A DNA stretch of 63,508 bases, filler included. It is 6 parts of 6 records of this genome, joined end to end, with 100 filler letters (N's around TTAATTAATTAA, not from the genome) between each part and the next. Parts side by side here need not be neighbours in the genome. Positions count along the whole stretch, not along the records: positions 28,657 to 45,666 come from SRR31156797_17664; positions 45,767 to 57,978 come from SRR31156797_17693; 4 more parts are not named here. One strand, written 5' to 3'. Below, piece by piece: positions 39,335-48,882 of the stretch (position 1 is the first letter of the stretch; the number at the start of each line of letters is the position of its first letter). The notes beneath the pieces are model-generated. The model was not told the origin of the DNA. It saw only the letters and a program-made list of their open reading frames with translations, and made no database searches. The position numbers were made by a program, and so were the translations under genes.

Positions 39335-40005
39335 TCCCCCCTTCCTCATCTCCCCAAGTAGAATTTATTTATAGTGGTTCAGACTTGACCCTGAAAAAAA
39401 CAAACATCACTCCCACCTGATAACCCCACTATAACCATAACCGATTTCTTATCTGGCGCAATTTAGCCTTATCTTACCGAAGCTCCACTCTCTATACCAT
39501 AGGCGACTTAAACAAATCAGCAGTTGCCCGCCGTTCAGAACAATTACCTCAGTAGACACCCAGGGCCCCAAAGAAAAGGAAAGTGTATGAATATGACTAT
39601 ACACTGCATTGACCATCATGTAGCTCGCCTTAAGGCTAACGAGAAGTGGAACTATCGGGCCATATATAAATCTTTCCATTCTCAATCTCCCCATAGTCCC
39701 TTAGCGGACAAGAACTTTATGAAGGGTAGCGCAACATACCGGACAGTTACACGGAAAGAAGGGCCATCTTATGTGCACCCAGGCCAGGCTCTCCCCTAAA
39801 AAAACTTATAGATTGCAACAGCTTCCGGGTGATGGTATAAATATTATACCTTCCCACCCCAGGGCTCCTCCAAGTACTTATGGGTGTCGCTCAAATAGCG
39901 CCCCCTTTGCTCGTGTACACGCATTATGCATGTCTAAGCACATGAAAAGCAGGTTTGAATTGCTTATTTATCTCGTCACTTGCTTGCCCAAAGAGAAAAC
40001 TTTGC

Positions 40006-42900
40006 ATGAGGCACTTCGTGAAACTGAGTAACAAAATTGCAATAATGGGTGCTTGCAGCGTTCTTTTAACAGCTACAGCTCTCGCTCTTTTAGCAGTATG
40101 GCAAAGTAATGAATATAATGCACTGGCACAAAAGGAAGTCAATGAACTCATCGAGAGCGACCTAAATCATATAACCCAGGGCGTTTATAATCTTGTGCGC
40201 ACTGAAAATGAAGCTGTCCAGCAGCAGATAAATAACAATCTAAAGGTTGCTCGCTATCTTCTTGAAGATGCAGGAGGAATAGAACAAGGAAAAGAAGATG
40301 TAAGTTGGACTGCAATCAATCAGTTCACCCATGAATCAAAACAGGTCAGCTTGCCTCAATTGCTTGTTAATGATCAATGGCTGCAAAAAAACAAGTCTTT
40401 TAACAAAAGAACTCCTATTGTTGACGATGTCAGCGACTTAGTTGGAGCAACGGCAACTATATTCCAACGAATAAACGAGCGCGGAGATATGTTGCGGGTT
40501 GCCACCAATGTGCAGACAGCGACACACGAACGAGCAATCAGTACATATATCCCAGCTGTCAACCCCAACGGTTCTAACAATCCCGTGGTCACTGCTATTC
40601 TTCACGGAAAAACATACCATGGGCGAGCTTATGTCGTGAACGATTGGTATCTAACCACCTACGAACCAATCCGCGATGATTTCGGAGACTTAATAGGGAT
40701 GCTATATGTTGGCGTTAAACAACAAACAGTTGCAGCCCGTATCCGTAGTGCAATTCTTCAAACATCTGTTGGTGAAACAGGGTACGTTTATGTCATAAGT
40801 GGTCGAGGTGCAGACCGTGGCAGGTATATCATTTCCCAAAAAGGGGAACGTGATGGGGAAAATATTTGGCCAATTCGCGACCATGATGATCGACCAATTA
40901 TTCAAAATATTATAAACAAAGCAACCGAACTACAGCCTGGTAAAATGGCAAGTATTCGCTATCGTTGGCAAAATCCAGGTGAACTGCTACCTCGCTGGAA
41001 GATTGCTCGACTTACCTACTACGCTCCTTGGGATTGGGTAATCGGAACAAGTGTCTACGAAGATGAAGTACAAAGCTATAGTACCCAATTAACTACGGGG
41101 CGGATACGAATGATTAGATCCATGTGTATAGCTGGATCTTTTATTGCGGTGCTTATCGCCTTGATTGCCATGTATGCCGTGTGGGTAATTTTGCACCCTG
41201 TTAGAGACATGACAACTATTGCCCAAAAAATAATTAATGGTGACCACACCCAGAGAGTCGAGGTGAAGTCCCAGGATGAAATCGGAATTTTGGCACAAAC
41301 CTTCAATCAAATGTCCAAAGAGCTTCATCAAGCTATAGGGAACCTGAGAGCAAGCGAAGAAAAATATCGAAATATTTTTGAGTATGCCCTGGAGGGCCTT
41401 TTTCAAAGCACTCCTGAAGGACGTTTTGTCAGTGCCAACCCTGCGGCAGTCAGTATTTTAGGATATGACTCATCTGAAACTTTGATCGAAGAAATTACAG
41501 ATATTCGGAATCAATTTTATGTTAATCCTCATGATCGAGACATGCTGCTTGATTCAATATCAAGCAAACAGGAAATTTCCAGTTTTGAAGTGCAGTGCTA
41601 TCGAAGGGGCGGTCAGAAAATATGGGTGGCTATAAGTGCACGCATGCCTCTGAATGTCGGCAAACAAAAACAAGTAATTTACGGATTCATTCGAGATATC
41701 ACAGGCCAGAAACAAGCCGAAGCTGAACGTATATATCTCGAGTCGCGCTTGACTCAATCACAAAAGATGGAAGCTATAGGAACCCTGGCGGGCGGGATAG
41801 CCCATGATTTCAACAACATACTACAACCTATATTGAGTTACAACGAGTTGCTCAAAAAAGAATTGGAGGGCAATGATCCCTGTGAAAAATATGTGGATCG
41901 CATAAATATTGCGGCGTTAAGGGCAAAAGATTTAGTAGGACAGATTCTTGCCTTCAGTCGTCAATCTTCTCAACAGTCTACGCCACCCGTACACCTGAAA
42001 TCAGCTCTCAATGATATTATAAAACTATGTAAAGCAACGCTTCCTTCTTCTATCAAAATTATCGAAAAAACCCAGCACGATTGCTCAGCTGTTTCGGTTA
42101 CGCCGTCACACATACACCAGATTGGAATGAACTTGATAATTAACGCCTATCATGGAGTCGAACTAAATCAAGGACATATTTTAATCGAACTCCAGGAGGT
42201 GTTTTTAGAAACAGCCGACGTCGCCGGCACATCGCTAATCCAAGGCCGATACGCCAAACTCTCTGTGGCTGATACAGGATGCGGCATTGAGCCCTCTGTT
42301 ATTGATAAAATCTTTGATCCTTATTTCACCACCAAGGAGCAGGGGAAAGGGACAGGACTCGGCCTTTCCGTCGTCTACGGAATAGTGCAAGAAAATCATG
42401 GTGATATGAAAGTGTACAGTGAACCTGGGAAAGGGACAACGTTTACGGTTTATCTCCCCATCGCAGAAAGCAGGGTTGATAAAACAGATATAAACCAACC
42501 ACCCATAAATTTCCCTCGTGGCAATGAACACATTCTGCTCGTTGATGATGAATATCTCATTCTTGAGGCAGAACGAACACTCCTTAAGAAATTAGGCTAC
42601 CAGGTAACTACCCAGAACAGCAGCACTGAAGCCTTGAAGCTCTTCAGCTCAAACCCAGAAGAATTTGACTTGGTGATTACTGATTTAACGATGCCAGATT
42701 TGACAGGTATTCAATTGGCAGAAGAACTTTTAAAAATCCGGCCAGACTTACCTCTTATCATCTGTAGCGGGTTAAACGAGATGGACAACCAAGAACAAGC
42801 TAAATTAATTGGGGCAAAACAATTTTTAGCAAAACCAATTACCCTCTCAGAATTATCTCACCATATGAGACTTGTGTTAGATGAGTTAAATGATAAATAA
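40006..42900 (+). CDS. Hybrid sensor histidine kinase (Cache-HAMP-PAS-HisKA-HATPase-REC)
   Basis: TM, Cache motifs (ATATIFQR, GYVYVI, WDWVIG), HAMP (DEIGILA..FN), PAS, GGIAHDFNNIL, DTGCG, GKGTGLGL, LLVDDE/TDLTMP. Start moved to ATG 40006. Confidence 0.93.
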   Translation: MRHFVKLSNKIAIMGACSVLLTATALALLAVWQSNEYNALAQKEVNELIESDLNHITQGVYNLVRTENEAVQQQINNNLKVARYLLEDAGGIEQGKEDVSWTAINQFTHESKQVSLPQLLVNDQWLQKNKSFNKRTPIVDDVSDLVGATATIFQRINERGDMLRVATNVQTATHERAISTYIPAVNPNGSNNPVVTAILHGKTYHGRAYVVNDWYLTTYEPIRDDFGDLIGMLYVGVKQQTVAARIRSAILQTSVGETGYVYVISGRGADRGRYIISQKGERDGENIWPIRDHDDRPIIQNIINKATELQPGKMASIRYRWQNPGELLPRWKIARLTYYAPWDWVIGTSVYEDEVQSYSTQLTTGRIRMIRSMCIAGSFIAVLIALIAMYAVWVILHPVRDMTTIAQKIINGDHTQRVEVKSQDEIGILAQTFNQMSKELHQAIGNLRASEEKYRNIFEYALEGLFQSTPEGRFVSANPAAVSILGYDSSETLIEEITDIRNQFYVNPHDRDMLLDSISSKQEISSFEVQCYRRGGQKIWVAISARMPLNVGKQKQVIYGFIRDITGQKQAEAERIYLESRLTQSQKMEAIGTLAGGIAHDFNNILQPILSYNELLKKELEGNDPCEKYVDRINIAALRAKDLVGQILAFSRQSSQQSTPPVHLKSALNDIIKLCKATLPSSIKIIEKTQHDCSAVSVTPSHIHQIGMNLIINAYHGVELNQGHILIELQEVFLETADVAGTSLIQGRYAKLSVADTGCGIEPSVIDKIFDPYFTTKEQGKGTGLGLSVVYGIVQENHGDMKVYSEPGKGTTFTVYLPIAESRVDKTDINQPPINFPRGNEHILLVDDEYLILEAERTLLKKLGYQVTTQNSSTEALKLFSSNPEEFDLVITDLTMPDLTGIQLAEELLKIRPDLPLIICSGLNEMDNQEQAKLIGAKQFLAKPITLSELSHHMRLVLDELNDK

Positions 42901-42960
42901 TTATCATACCCAGCGAGCCTCAGAAAGTAGAGTGTTTTTTTCCTGCACGTTTTCCGGCTA

Positions 42961-43909
42961 TCAGCTTTTAATGACTCTATTGATGAGGTATTCAATTTTC
43001 TGTGGGGGTATTTGGCTGCCACCTTTTCTCGGGGATCCACCAATGGTATCACTGCCCCCCCATCGATCAGTTGAATTAGACGTCCCCTCAACTTTGTTCA
43101 GAAGATCGTATATTTTTTCGATCGGAAAATTTATAAAAGGAGACATCCTCCCAATCGAATAGTCATAGATTCCATTGCCTCTTTCCCGGACTGCAACAAA
43201 GGCACGTATACCATCATTAAAATGTTTTGTTCGGGCAGCCGCCGTACCTTCTTCTACAATTATTTTCCAGCTGGGCCCACCCCCAAGTACCTGGTAGGTG
43301 CAATTCAGGTCGATCTCCCCCCCCCTCACCGCGGTAAAGTAAACTTATCCGCTTGCAGGTACGCTCGATGACAGTTTATATTTTTTCAGCTGTCATTCCT
43401 GAACGATCCTTCGAAAATCGATAATCATCGTAGTGCTTAAAGACCCAAGCCATTTGCCTGACTATTGACTGGTTCGGGTCAACAGGGAAGGCTCCTCCCG
43501 TAGAGTCAATGAGGTCTTCACCAATAATCAATTTAACAAGATCGAGATCAAAACTGAACTGCCTAACGAGATGAGCATTGCTTAAAAGCCAGCATGACAT
43601 GCAAATATCCTGATCACAATCGTTGACATATACATGGGCAAAAGGTTTTTCATTCTGTTGGAAATTTTCAAAGAGTCCTAGGAAAATAGCAACCAAAACC
43701 TGGCCAGCTGTACTTCGTGTTGCAAGTCGATTGACGTTTTTATGATGGTCAAAATTGACGTATGGCCCTGCAGAATTAAAACAAGGGGCAGCATCGACAA
43801 AACCATCTAAAGCAATTGAGCAAGGGGGTTTTGTTGAACAAAACTGCTCCCATGTTTCTACAACACCGAACTCGACATGCAATATTATTTCTGGGGATAT
43901 ATTGACCAT
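42961..43909 (-). pseudogene. Disrupted DHH-phosphoesterase-like gene (premature TAA plus frameshift in a G9 run)
   Basis: ORF 43376-43909 (NFDHH, NDCDQD) continues past TAA as TVIERTCKRISLLYRGE. Removing one G from the G9 run (C9 at 43317-43325) joins it to ORF 42961-43329 (WGGSDTIGGSPR). Confidence 0.7.
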
Positions 43910-44113
43910 TTACAAAGTGCCACACAATGTATCTTTTTTAAAGGTAAAGGGTTATGTTTCACTATAACTATACCCACTTCTTGATTATATCAATTCTTTG
44001 AGAAAGCATGTTTAAAGTAAACTAAAAGCATTTTCTCCATATTCAGTTGCTTTGTCAGCAGCTTTAATAGTGGAAGATTCAAGTTGTCATTTAACTACCT
44101 AAAAAGGAAAAAT

Positions 44114-45220
44114 ATGGAAACAAAATACGTGAATGACAGAAAATTTTTATCTTACCTTACATTAATACTGATTTTGTTCTCACTCTGGATTTTTGGATCC
44201 TACTTACATTATTTAATTGTCGCAGCCGTCCTGGCTTTAGCGACCAGTCACATCTACGCTGCATTAATCAGCTTATTTAGCGGTGGGCCTGAGAACAATC
44301 TGTTCTTAAAAAATAAGGAGGTACTTGCATCTCTTGTACTTACATTTCTTTTCCTTATGATGATATTTGGCCCTATGTTTTATTTCGTATCTGTTACCTA
44401 TGACCAGATAACCACTTTAGATCTTGATCAAATTCGAGAAACCTTGGACCAAATGGTTGCAAAGACAACAGCATTTTTAGAAAAAATACCCTTACTACAG
44501 AAGCCCATTGCCAGGCTGCAGCAGGAAGGAGTCTCTCTTATTAGAGGACCTGCTATAGAAACAGCAATGGAAGGGGCAAAAGGTATTGTGGCTGGAGCAG
44601 GTTTTCTTATTGGACAGATAGTATGGATACTCATTTTTTATTTCCTGTTCAATGCCTATGGGAAAAAAATTCTTGGTTTTCTCGCAGAGCTCGTTCCAAT
44701 GACCTATGAGCATCAAAAATATCTTTACAAAGAATGCACAGGAACCGTATCTGTTGTTTTCTATGGCACCTTGTTCAATATGGTAGCTCAAGGACTAGCG
44801 TTTGGTTTTCTTATGGCTTTTATTGGCAATTACGATGCTGTTTACCTTGGTGTCCTGGCCGGATTTGGTTCAGTGATTCCTATTGTCGGTGCCGCCCTTG
44901 TCTACGTACCAGTTATAGCTTTGGAGCTCCTTGCCGGCAATTATATCAATGCAGCAATTATCTTGATCTTTGCCTGGGTTGTGATGGGTTTTTTTATCGA
45001 CAATATCCTTCGACTCATATTCATCGGGTCACTTAAAAAAGTATTTGGATTTGAGTATACAATGAACGAAATTCTTATCCTGCTTGCAATCCTCGCTGGA
45101 ATTGCCTCATTTGGCTTTTGGGGCATGATTATAGGACCTTCTGTCCTGGCCTTAACTTTTGCGGCGGCAAATTTATACAGTTCAGGTCTCGTTGGAACCA
45201 AGCAAAAAGGCGAGGATTAA
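44114..45220 (+). CDS. AI-2E family transporter
   Basis: Multiple TMs; QG, IPIVGAALVYVP, IDNILR, FGFWGMIIGP motifs. Start moved to ATG 44114. Confidence 0.88.
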   Translation: METKYVNDRKFLSYLTLILILFSLWIFGSYLHYLIVAAVLALATSHIYAALISLFSGGPENNLFLKNKEVLASLVLTFLFLMMIFGPMFYFVSVTYDQITTLDLDQIRETLDQMVAKTTAFLEKIPLLQKPIARLQQEGVSLIRGPAIETAMEGAKGIVAGAGFLIGQIVWILIFYFLFNAYGKKILGFLAELVPMTYEHQKYLYKECTGTVSVVFYGTLFNMVAQGLAFGFLMAFIGNYDAVYLGVLAGFGSVIPIVGAALVYVPVIALELLAGNYINAAIILIFAWVVMGFFIDNILRLIFIGSLKKVFGFEYTMNEILILLAILAGIASFGFWGMIIGPSVLALTFAAANLYSSGLVGTKQKGED

Positions 45221-45491
45221 CATTGGTCTTTCCCCATCGGGGAGGAGATGGCATTCTCAAAATTAATGATGGTAAACGAAATTTTGATGCACTGAATACA
45301 AGAGAAAAATTTGAAGAATATGACAGTGAGAGGGTACTGTTAAAAATGCACAAAAAAAGTACTTTGAATACCAAGAGTAAAAACGTCAACAACTGATCCT
45401 ACTCTATAGGAGGGCGGGTAAAGCGAATATCGGCCTAACTGTTACACCCACTTAATTATTGCAAGATCAGTCATTATAATAGCATTACGCA

Positions 45492-45644
45492 TTACTCCCA
45501 GGTGGAATAGGCTACACTCCGGGTTAACACCTTTTGTGTATAAAGCCTGGTTTCACTGAGGTAAAAGTCATCGACGAGGCGTTCATACACCTCATGGGGC
45601 TGTAACGTATTAATAACGGGGGATGCTTTCTGTATTGTAACCGC
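45492..45644 (-). pseudogene. C-terminal remnant resembling lytic transglycosylase MltC
   Basis: Manual translation IQKASPVINTLQPHEVYERLVDDFYLSETRLYTQKVLTRSVAYSTWE* resembles the MltC tail (IN.....VY..L.......ETR.Y..KV). An in-frame TAG lies immediately upstream at 45645-45647. Confidence 0.5.
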
Positions 45645-45666
45645 CTAAAGAACCCCATCTTCAACT

Positions 45667-45766
45667 NNNNNNNNNNNNNNNNNNNNNNNNNNNNNNNNNN
45701 NNNNNNNNNNTTAATTAATTAANNNNNNNNNNNNNNNNNNNNNNNNNNNNNNNNNNNNNNNNNNNN
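45667..45766. other. Artificial contig spacer
   Basis: N44-TTAATTAATTAA-N44. Confidence 0.98.
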
Positions 45767-45771
45767 TCGTG

Positions 45772-45794
45772 CCGGCTTCGCCGGACCCTTCGGG
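45772..45794. repeat. Tandem mini-hairpins at the contig edge
   Basis: CCGGC-TTC-GCCGG followed by CCC-TTC-GGG. Confidence 0.35.
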
Positions 45795-45890
45795 ATATTT
45801 TTAGTTATTCATGTTTCCCGATTGTAAAGATTCTTGTTCAGGTCTGTGTCACATTAGCAGGATTTCTAAGAGCCGTTATTTCTATACTTT

Positions 45891-47141
45891 TTAATCGAGC
45901 AATGGAACTGTCAGGCTACCCTGTGGAAGGATAACTGCATATGGTTTCTTTCCCTGAGCTTTAATCTGTTCAATCGCTCTGTCAAAGGTTTCCTGAATAT
46001 CCTGGCATGGGGCAAGTTTTGCACTTTTAATGGTCTCATCGTCAAGTTCCGATATGGCCCACATCTCTGCATAGACTCCGATCTGTGCCATCTTGGCTGC
46101 CTTGTGATATCCAAGCTTGTACCCTTCATCGATCTTGCACATGACATCCTCACAGGTATTCGCACAGGAGAGCAGGTTCAGGAAAGCATCATCTCCAACA
46201 CCGTCCCTGCATTTTGATACAAGGATAATGATTCCGTCATCTTCAAGTGCCAGCTTGCCGTTCTCGAGTGCCTTCTGGGACTGGTAGAGGTCTATATCCA
46301 TTGGGTACGGTGCAGCGGTAAGTACGATATTTCCTTTGCGGCTGCATTTTGAGCAGAACACTTCGTTTGCTCTCTCAACTGCAATATCAAAGGACTCGAA
46401 GAGGTCACCTGATACCATTGCGTAGAGGCCGTGATCTGCTGTGAGGACTGTCTGTATGGAGAACACGTTCAGGTCCTTCAGTACCTTCATTGCATCTTCC
46501 ATGTCCTCTGCAACAGGATTTCCACCGATGGCAAGGGGCTGTGCAGCATCAGAGAGTGCATGTTTGTGGTTCATCTCGATGGTCTTATACGATGCCACAC
46601 CCGGCAGGAATGCCTTTCTTCCGCCTGTATATCCTGCAAAATAGTGAGGCTCCACACTTCCAATGACGATGATGTTCCTGTACTCGTTCACCATCTTATT
46701 GAGGTACATCTCTGTGCCGTTGCTGGACACTCCCAGATACTCCATGTCCTCATCCTTACGTGCATCGTGGACGAATATCCTTTCTTTGAACTCGTCGTAT
46801 ATCTCTCCGAAGATGTATCTGAACTCATCTTCAGTTGGTCCTCTGTGTGCACCGGTGGCAACGAGGAACCTGACATCCTCCTGTTCTCTCAGGATGTCGA
46901 CCATCTCCGCAAGCACCTTTGCTGTTGGTGTAGGCCTTGTTGCATCGTTCACAAGAATGAGTATCTTATCGCTGTTCTGTACAAAATCATCAATTGATTC
47001 CGTGCCAACAGTATTCTTCAATGACTCAGTGATAATTTGAGATTCGTCCCCGACCTCAACCTGGTTGGGTGCAATGACCTCGTGTGGTATCTTCACATCA
47101 AGGTCAACGAATTCTTTTCCATAAGGGATTGGTACTTTGAT
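45891..47141 (-). CDS. larA: Nickel-pincer-dependent lactate racemase family protein (LarA homologue); probable ATC start at 47141
   Basis: DATRPTP, ATGAHR, EPHYFAGYTGGRKAFLPG, NH, DLYQSQKA motifs. The conserved N-terminal KVPIPYGK lies upstream of the ORF-track GTG at 47096. Confidence 0.9.
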   Translation of the reverse strand: MKVPIPYGKEFVDLDVKIPHEVIAPNQVEVGDESQIITESLKNTVGTESIDDFVQNSDKILILVNDATRPTPTAKVLAEMVDILREQEDVRFLVATGAHRGPTEDEFRYIFGEIYDEFKERIFVHDARKDEDMEYLGVSSNGTEMYLNKMVNEYRNIIVIGSVEPHYFAGYTGGRKAFLPGVASYKTIEMNHKHALSDAAQPLAIGGNPVAEDMEDAMKVLKDLNVFSIQTVLTADHGLYAMVSGDLFESFDIAVERANEVFCSKCSRKGNIVLTAAPYPMDIDLYQSQKALENGKLALEDDGIIILVSKCRDGVGDDAFLNLLSCANTCEDVMCKIDEGYKLGYHKAAKMAQIGVYAEMWAISELDDETIKSAKLAPCQDIQETFDRAIEQIKAQGKKPYAVILPQGSLTVPLLD

Positions 47142-47325
47142 AAAAATTCCTCCGGGATAGTATGATAGTAACTGGGTAGTTCATAAATAGGAAGCTTTAT
47201 TTAAGCATGCTGTTTCTTCATTTTTCGGGTCAATCTGATTGTAGATATTCAATGGATGCCCTCGAATTGAACCATCAGAGGCATATGATCACTCCTATTC
47301 GATAAAGGTCCTCATCTTCCACAGG

Positions 47326-48003
47326 TTATTGCATTGCTTTTTGTATTGCAGTAAGCATACCCTTGAATTTTAAATTGTAACTATCATTGTACTGTTTATC
47401 AAATTCGTCAATTCCATTTGTGTCGTTAACCATCCAGTAGAAATAGTAATGCTTACTTTCACCATCATTTGCTTTTACCATTTTAAGTACTGAATCATTT
47501 TCATATGATTCTGCGTTAAAAATATCCTTTACTTGTGAGTTAATTATTATCCGGCATTGCCCAGGATGTAGTTTGTTGCGGGAGCTTTCAGTATCAAGAT
47601 AAGCCTTTAAGTAAGCGTCACCATAGAGCATGTTTTTCCTGTTCTTATCAGTGACCAGCCTATCTTCATATGTGAAAAGACCATAAGCAATCGCAGTTGT
47701 AAGCATGAAATCTTTTTTTGCCATGTCTTGGTTGATTTCCTTCACGCATCTAAGCAATTCTCTTAATAACTCTCTCCTTTCATTATTTGTGCAGTTCTCA
47801 GAATCACCCGTATTTGGTCTACAAAATAAAATGCCACAGTCTGATACAAAAATTCCTTCAACTTGATTTGAGTTATTAGTCACACGGTACCCTGAGTTGT
47901 AAAAACAATCCAATGCTTTCCAAGCTTTATCTTGCTTCATCAACTCTTTGAATCCAGAGATATCTAAAAATGCAACAAAGGTATTACCATCAAATCTCAT
48001 CAT
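47326..48003 (-). CDS. Stand-alone class III nucleotidyl-cyclase-like protein
   Basis: FVAFLDISGFK (first metal Asp), FVSDCG (second Asp), TAIAYG, LYGDAYLKAY; no sensor or TM domain. Confidence 0.6.
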   Translation of the reverse strand: MMRFDGNTFVAFLDISGFKELMKQDKAWKALDCFYNSGYRVTNNSNQVEGIFVSDCGILFCRPNTGDSENCTNNERRELLRELLRCVKEINQDMAKKDFMLTTAIAYGLFTYEDRLVTDKNRKNMLYGDAYLKAYLDTESSRNKLHPGQCRIIINSQVKDIFNAESYENDSVLKMVKANDGESKHYYFYWMVNDTNGIDEFDKQYNDSYNLKFKGMLTAIQKAMQ

Positions 48004-48033
48004 TGTGCTTATCTCCTATATGTCCTTAGTTGT

Positions 48034-48588
48034 TCATTTCTCCTTGTGATACGAGAACAACGCCCTGTCAATTGTCCTTATATCGCATCCAGTATCAGTA
48101 ACAATGTCTTCAATAACTGATTTATATTCCCGGTATGTCTTCTTACTAATAGTGTCAGAGGTCAATAATCCAGCATTATTGAGAACTTCAGTAACCCTGA
48201 AATCAACAATTGGAAACACGTCAGGATACATGAAATGTAAAATTGTAGATGCAACAGGGATTTCAATTCCGTCTAACCAAACCAGAAGTCCCGGTTTAAG
48301 AGCATCAGGGATATCGAGAACATGAGTGATAGCTGTCTGGTATAGGTCAAATCTGTCTTTGTTGATCTTACCCTTTGCACGTGGTGATTTCCAATCAATT
48401 ATAGCAAAGAAAGTCTCTTCAGAGATTGTTTTGCTATCGTTGATTTCCATCTCAACCTTGTCAATGATGTTATTATAATCCGTTTCATCGCTCTCCTCAT
48501 ATAGAGTATCGTAATGAGGGGACCATTTTTTAATAAATTCCTTGTTGATAACTGTTTTTTTCATAGCATGAAATTCTTTCATGGACAT
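48034..48588 (-). CDS. Small HhH-GPD-superfamily DNA-glycosylase-like protein
   Basis: IIDWKSPR, HhH-like LDGIEIPVASTILHF, YPDVFPIVDFRV (Asp at the GPD position), IRTIDRALF. Confidence 0.6.
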   Translation of the reverse strand: MSMKEFHAMKKTVINKEFIKKWSPHYDTLYEESDETDYNNIIDKVEMEINDSKTISEETFFAIIDWKSPRAKGKINKDRFDLYQTAITHVLDIPDALKPGLLVWLDGIEIPVASTILHFMYPDVFPIVDFRVTEVLNNAGLLTSDTISKKTYREYKSVIEDIVTDTGCDIRTIDRALFSYHKEK

Positions 48589-48882
48589 ATATGTTTATTC
48601 ATTTTTATCAGCATGAAACCGAATGTCATCTTTAAAGGCAAAATGGATTAAAAATATGGATTCTATGAAGAGATATTGCCTCACCCCATTTATTGTCCGT
48701 CCAATAACTTCAGTTTGATGTCGCCCAATCAAAAAACTGTATACGATTTTTTAATTTTCCATGCAGATGTTGATGGTGTGGAATATGAATATTGCAGACA
48801 ATAGAACAGAAAGGTGTTTCATGCATTATTCCTTATATACTTGCAAACTGTTGTCCGACCATGTCTCTAAAAAGGTGAGTCA

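Noticed and set aside
39449-40031. Short ORFs in the gap before the hybrid kinase
   Set aside because: They overlap on both strands, lack an RBS or motif, and none is supportable.
43376-43378. Stop-codon readthrough in the DHH-like gene
   Set aside because: The codon is TAA, not a Sec or Pyl codon, and a second lesion follows. Pseudogene or sequencing error is simpler.
23319-47141. Apparent nickel theme (DUF4198, hyp genes, larA) as one system
   Set aside because: The genes are on three different contigs from different organisms, including one archaeon; their adjacency is an artefact.
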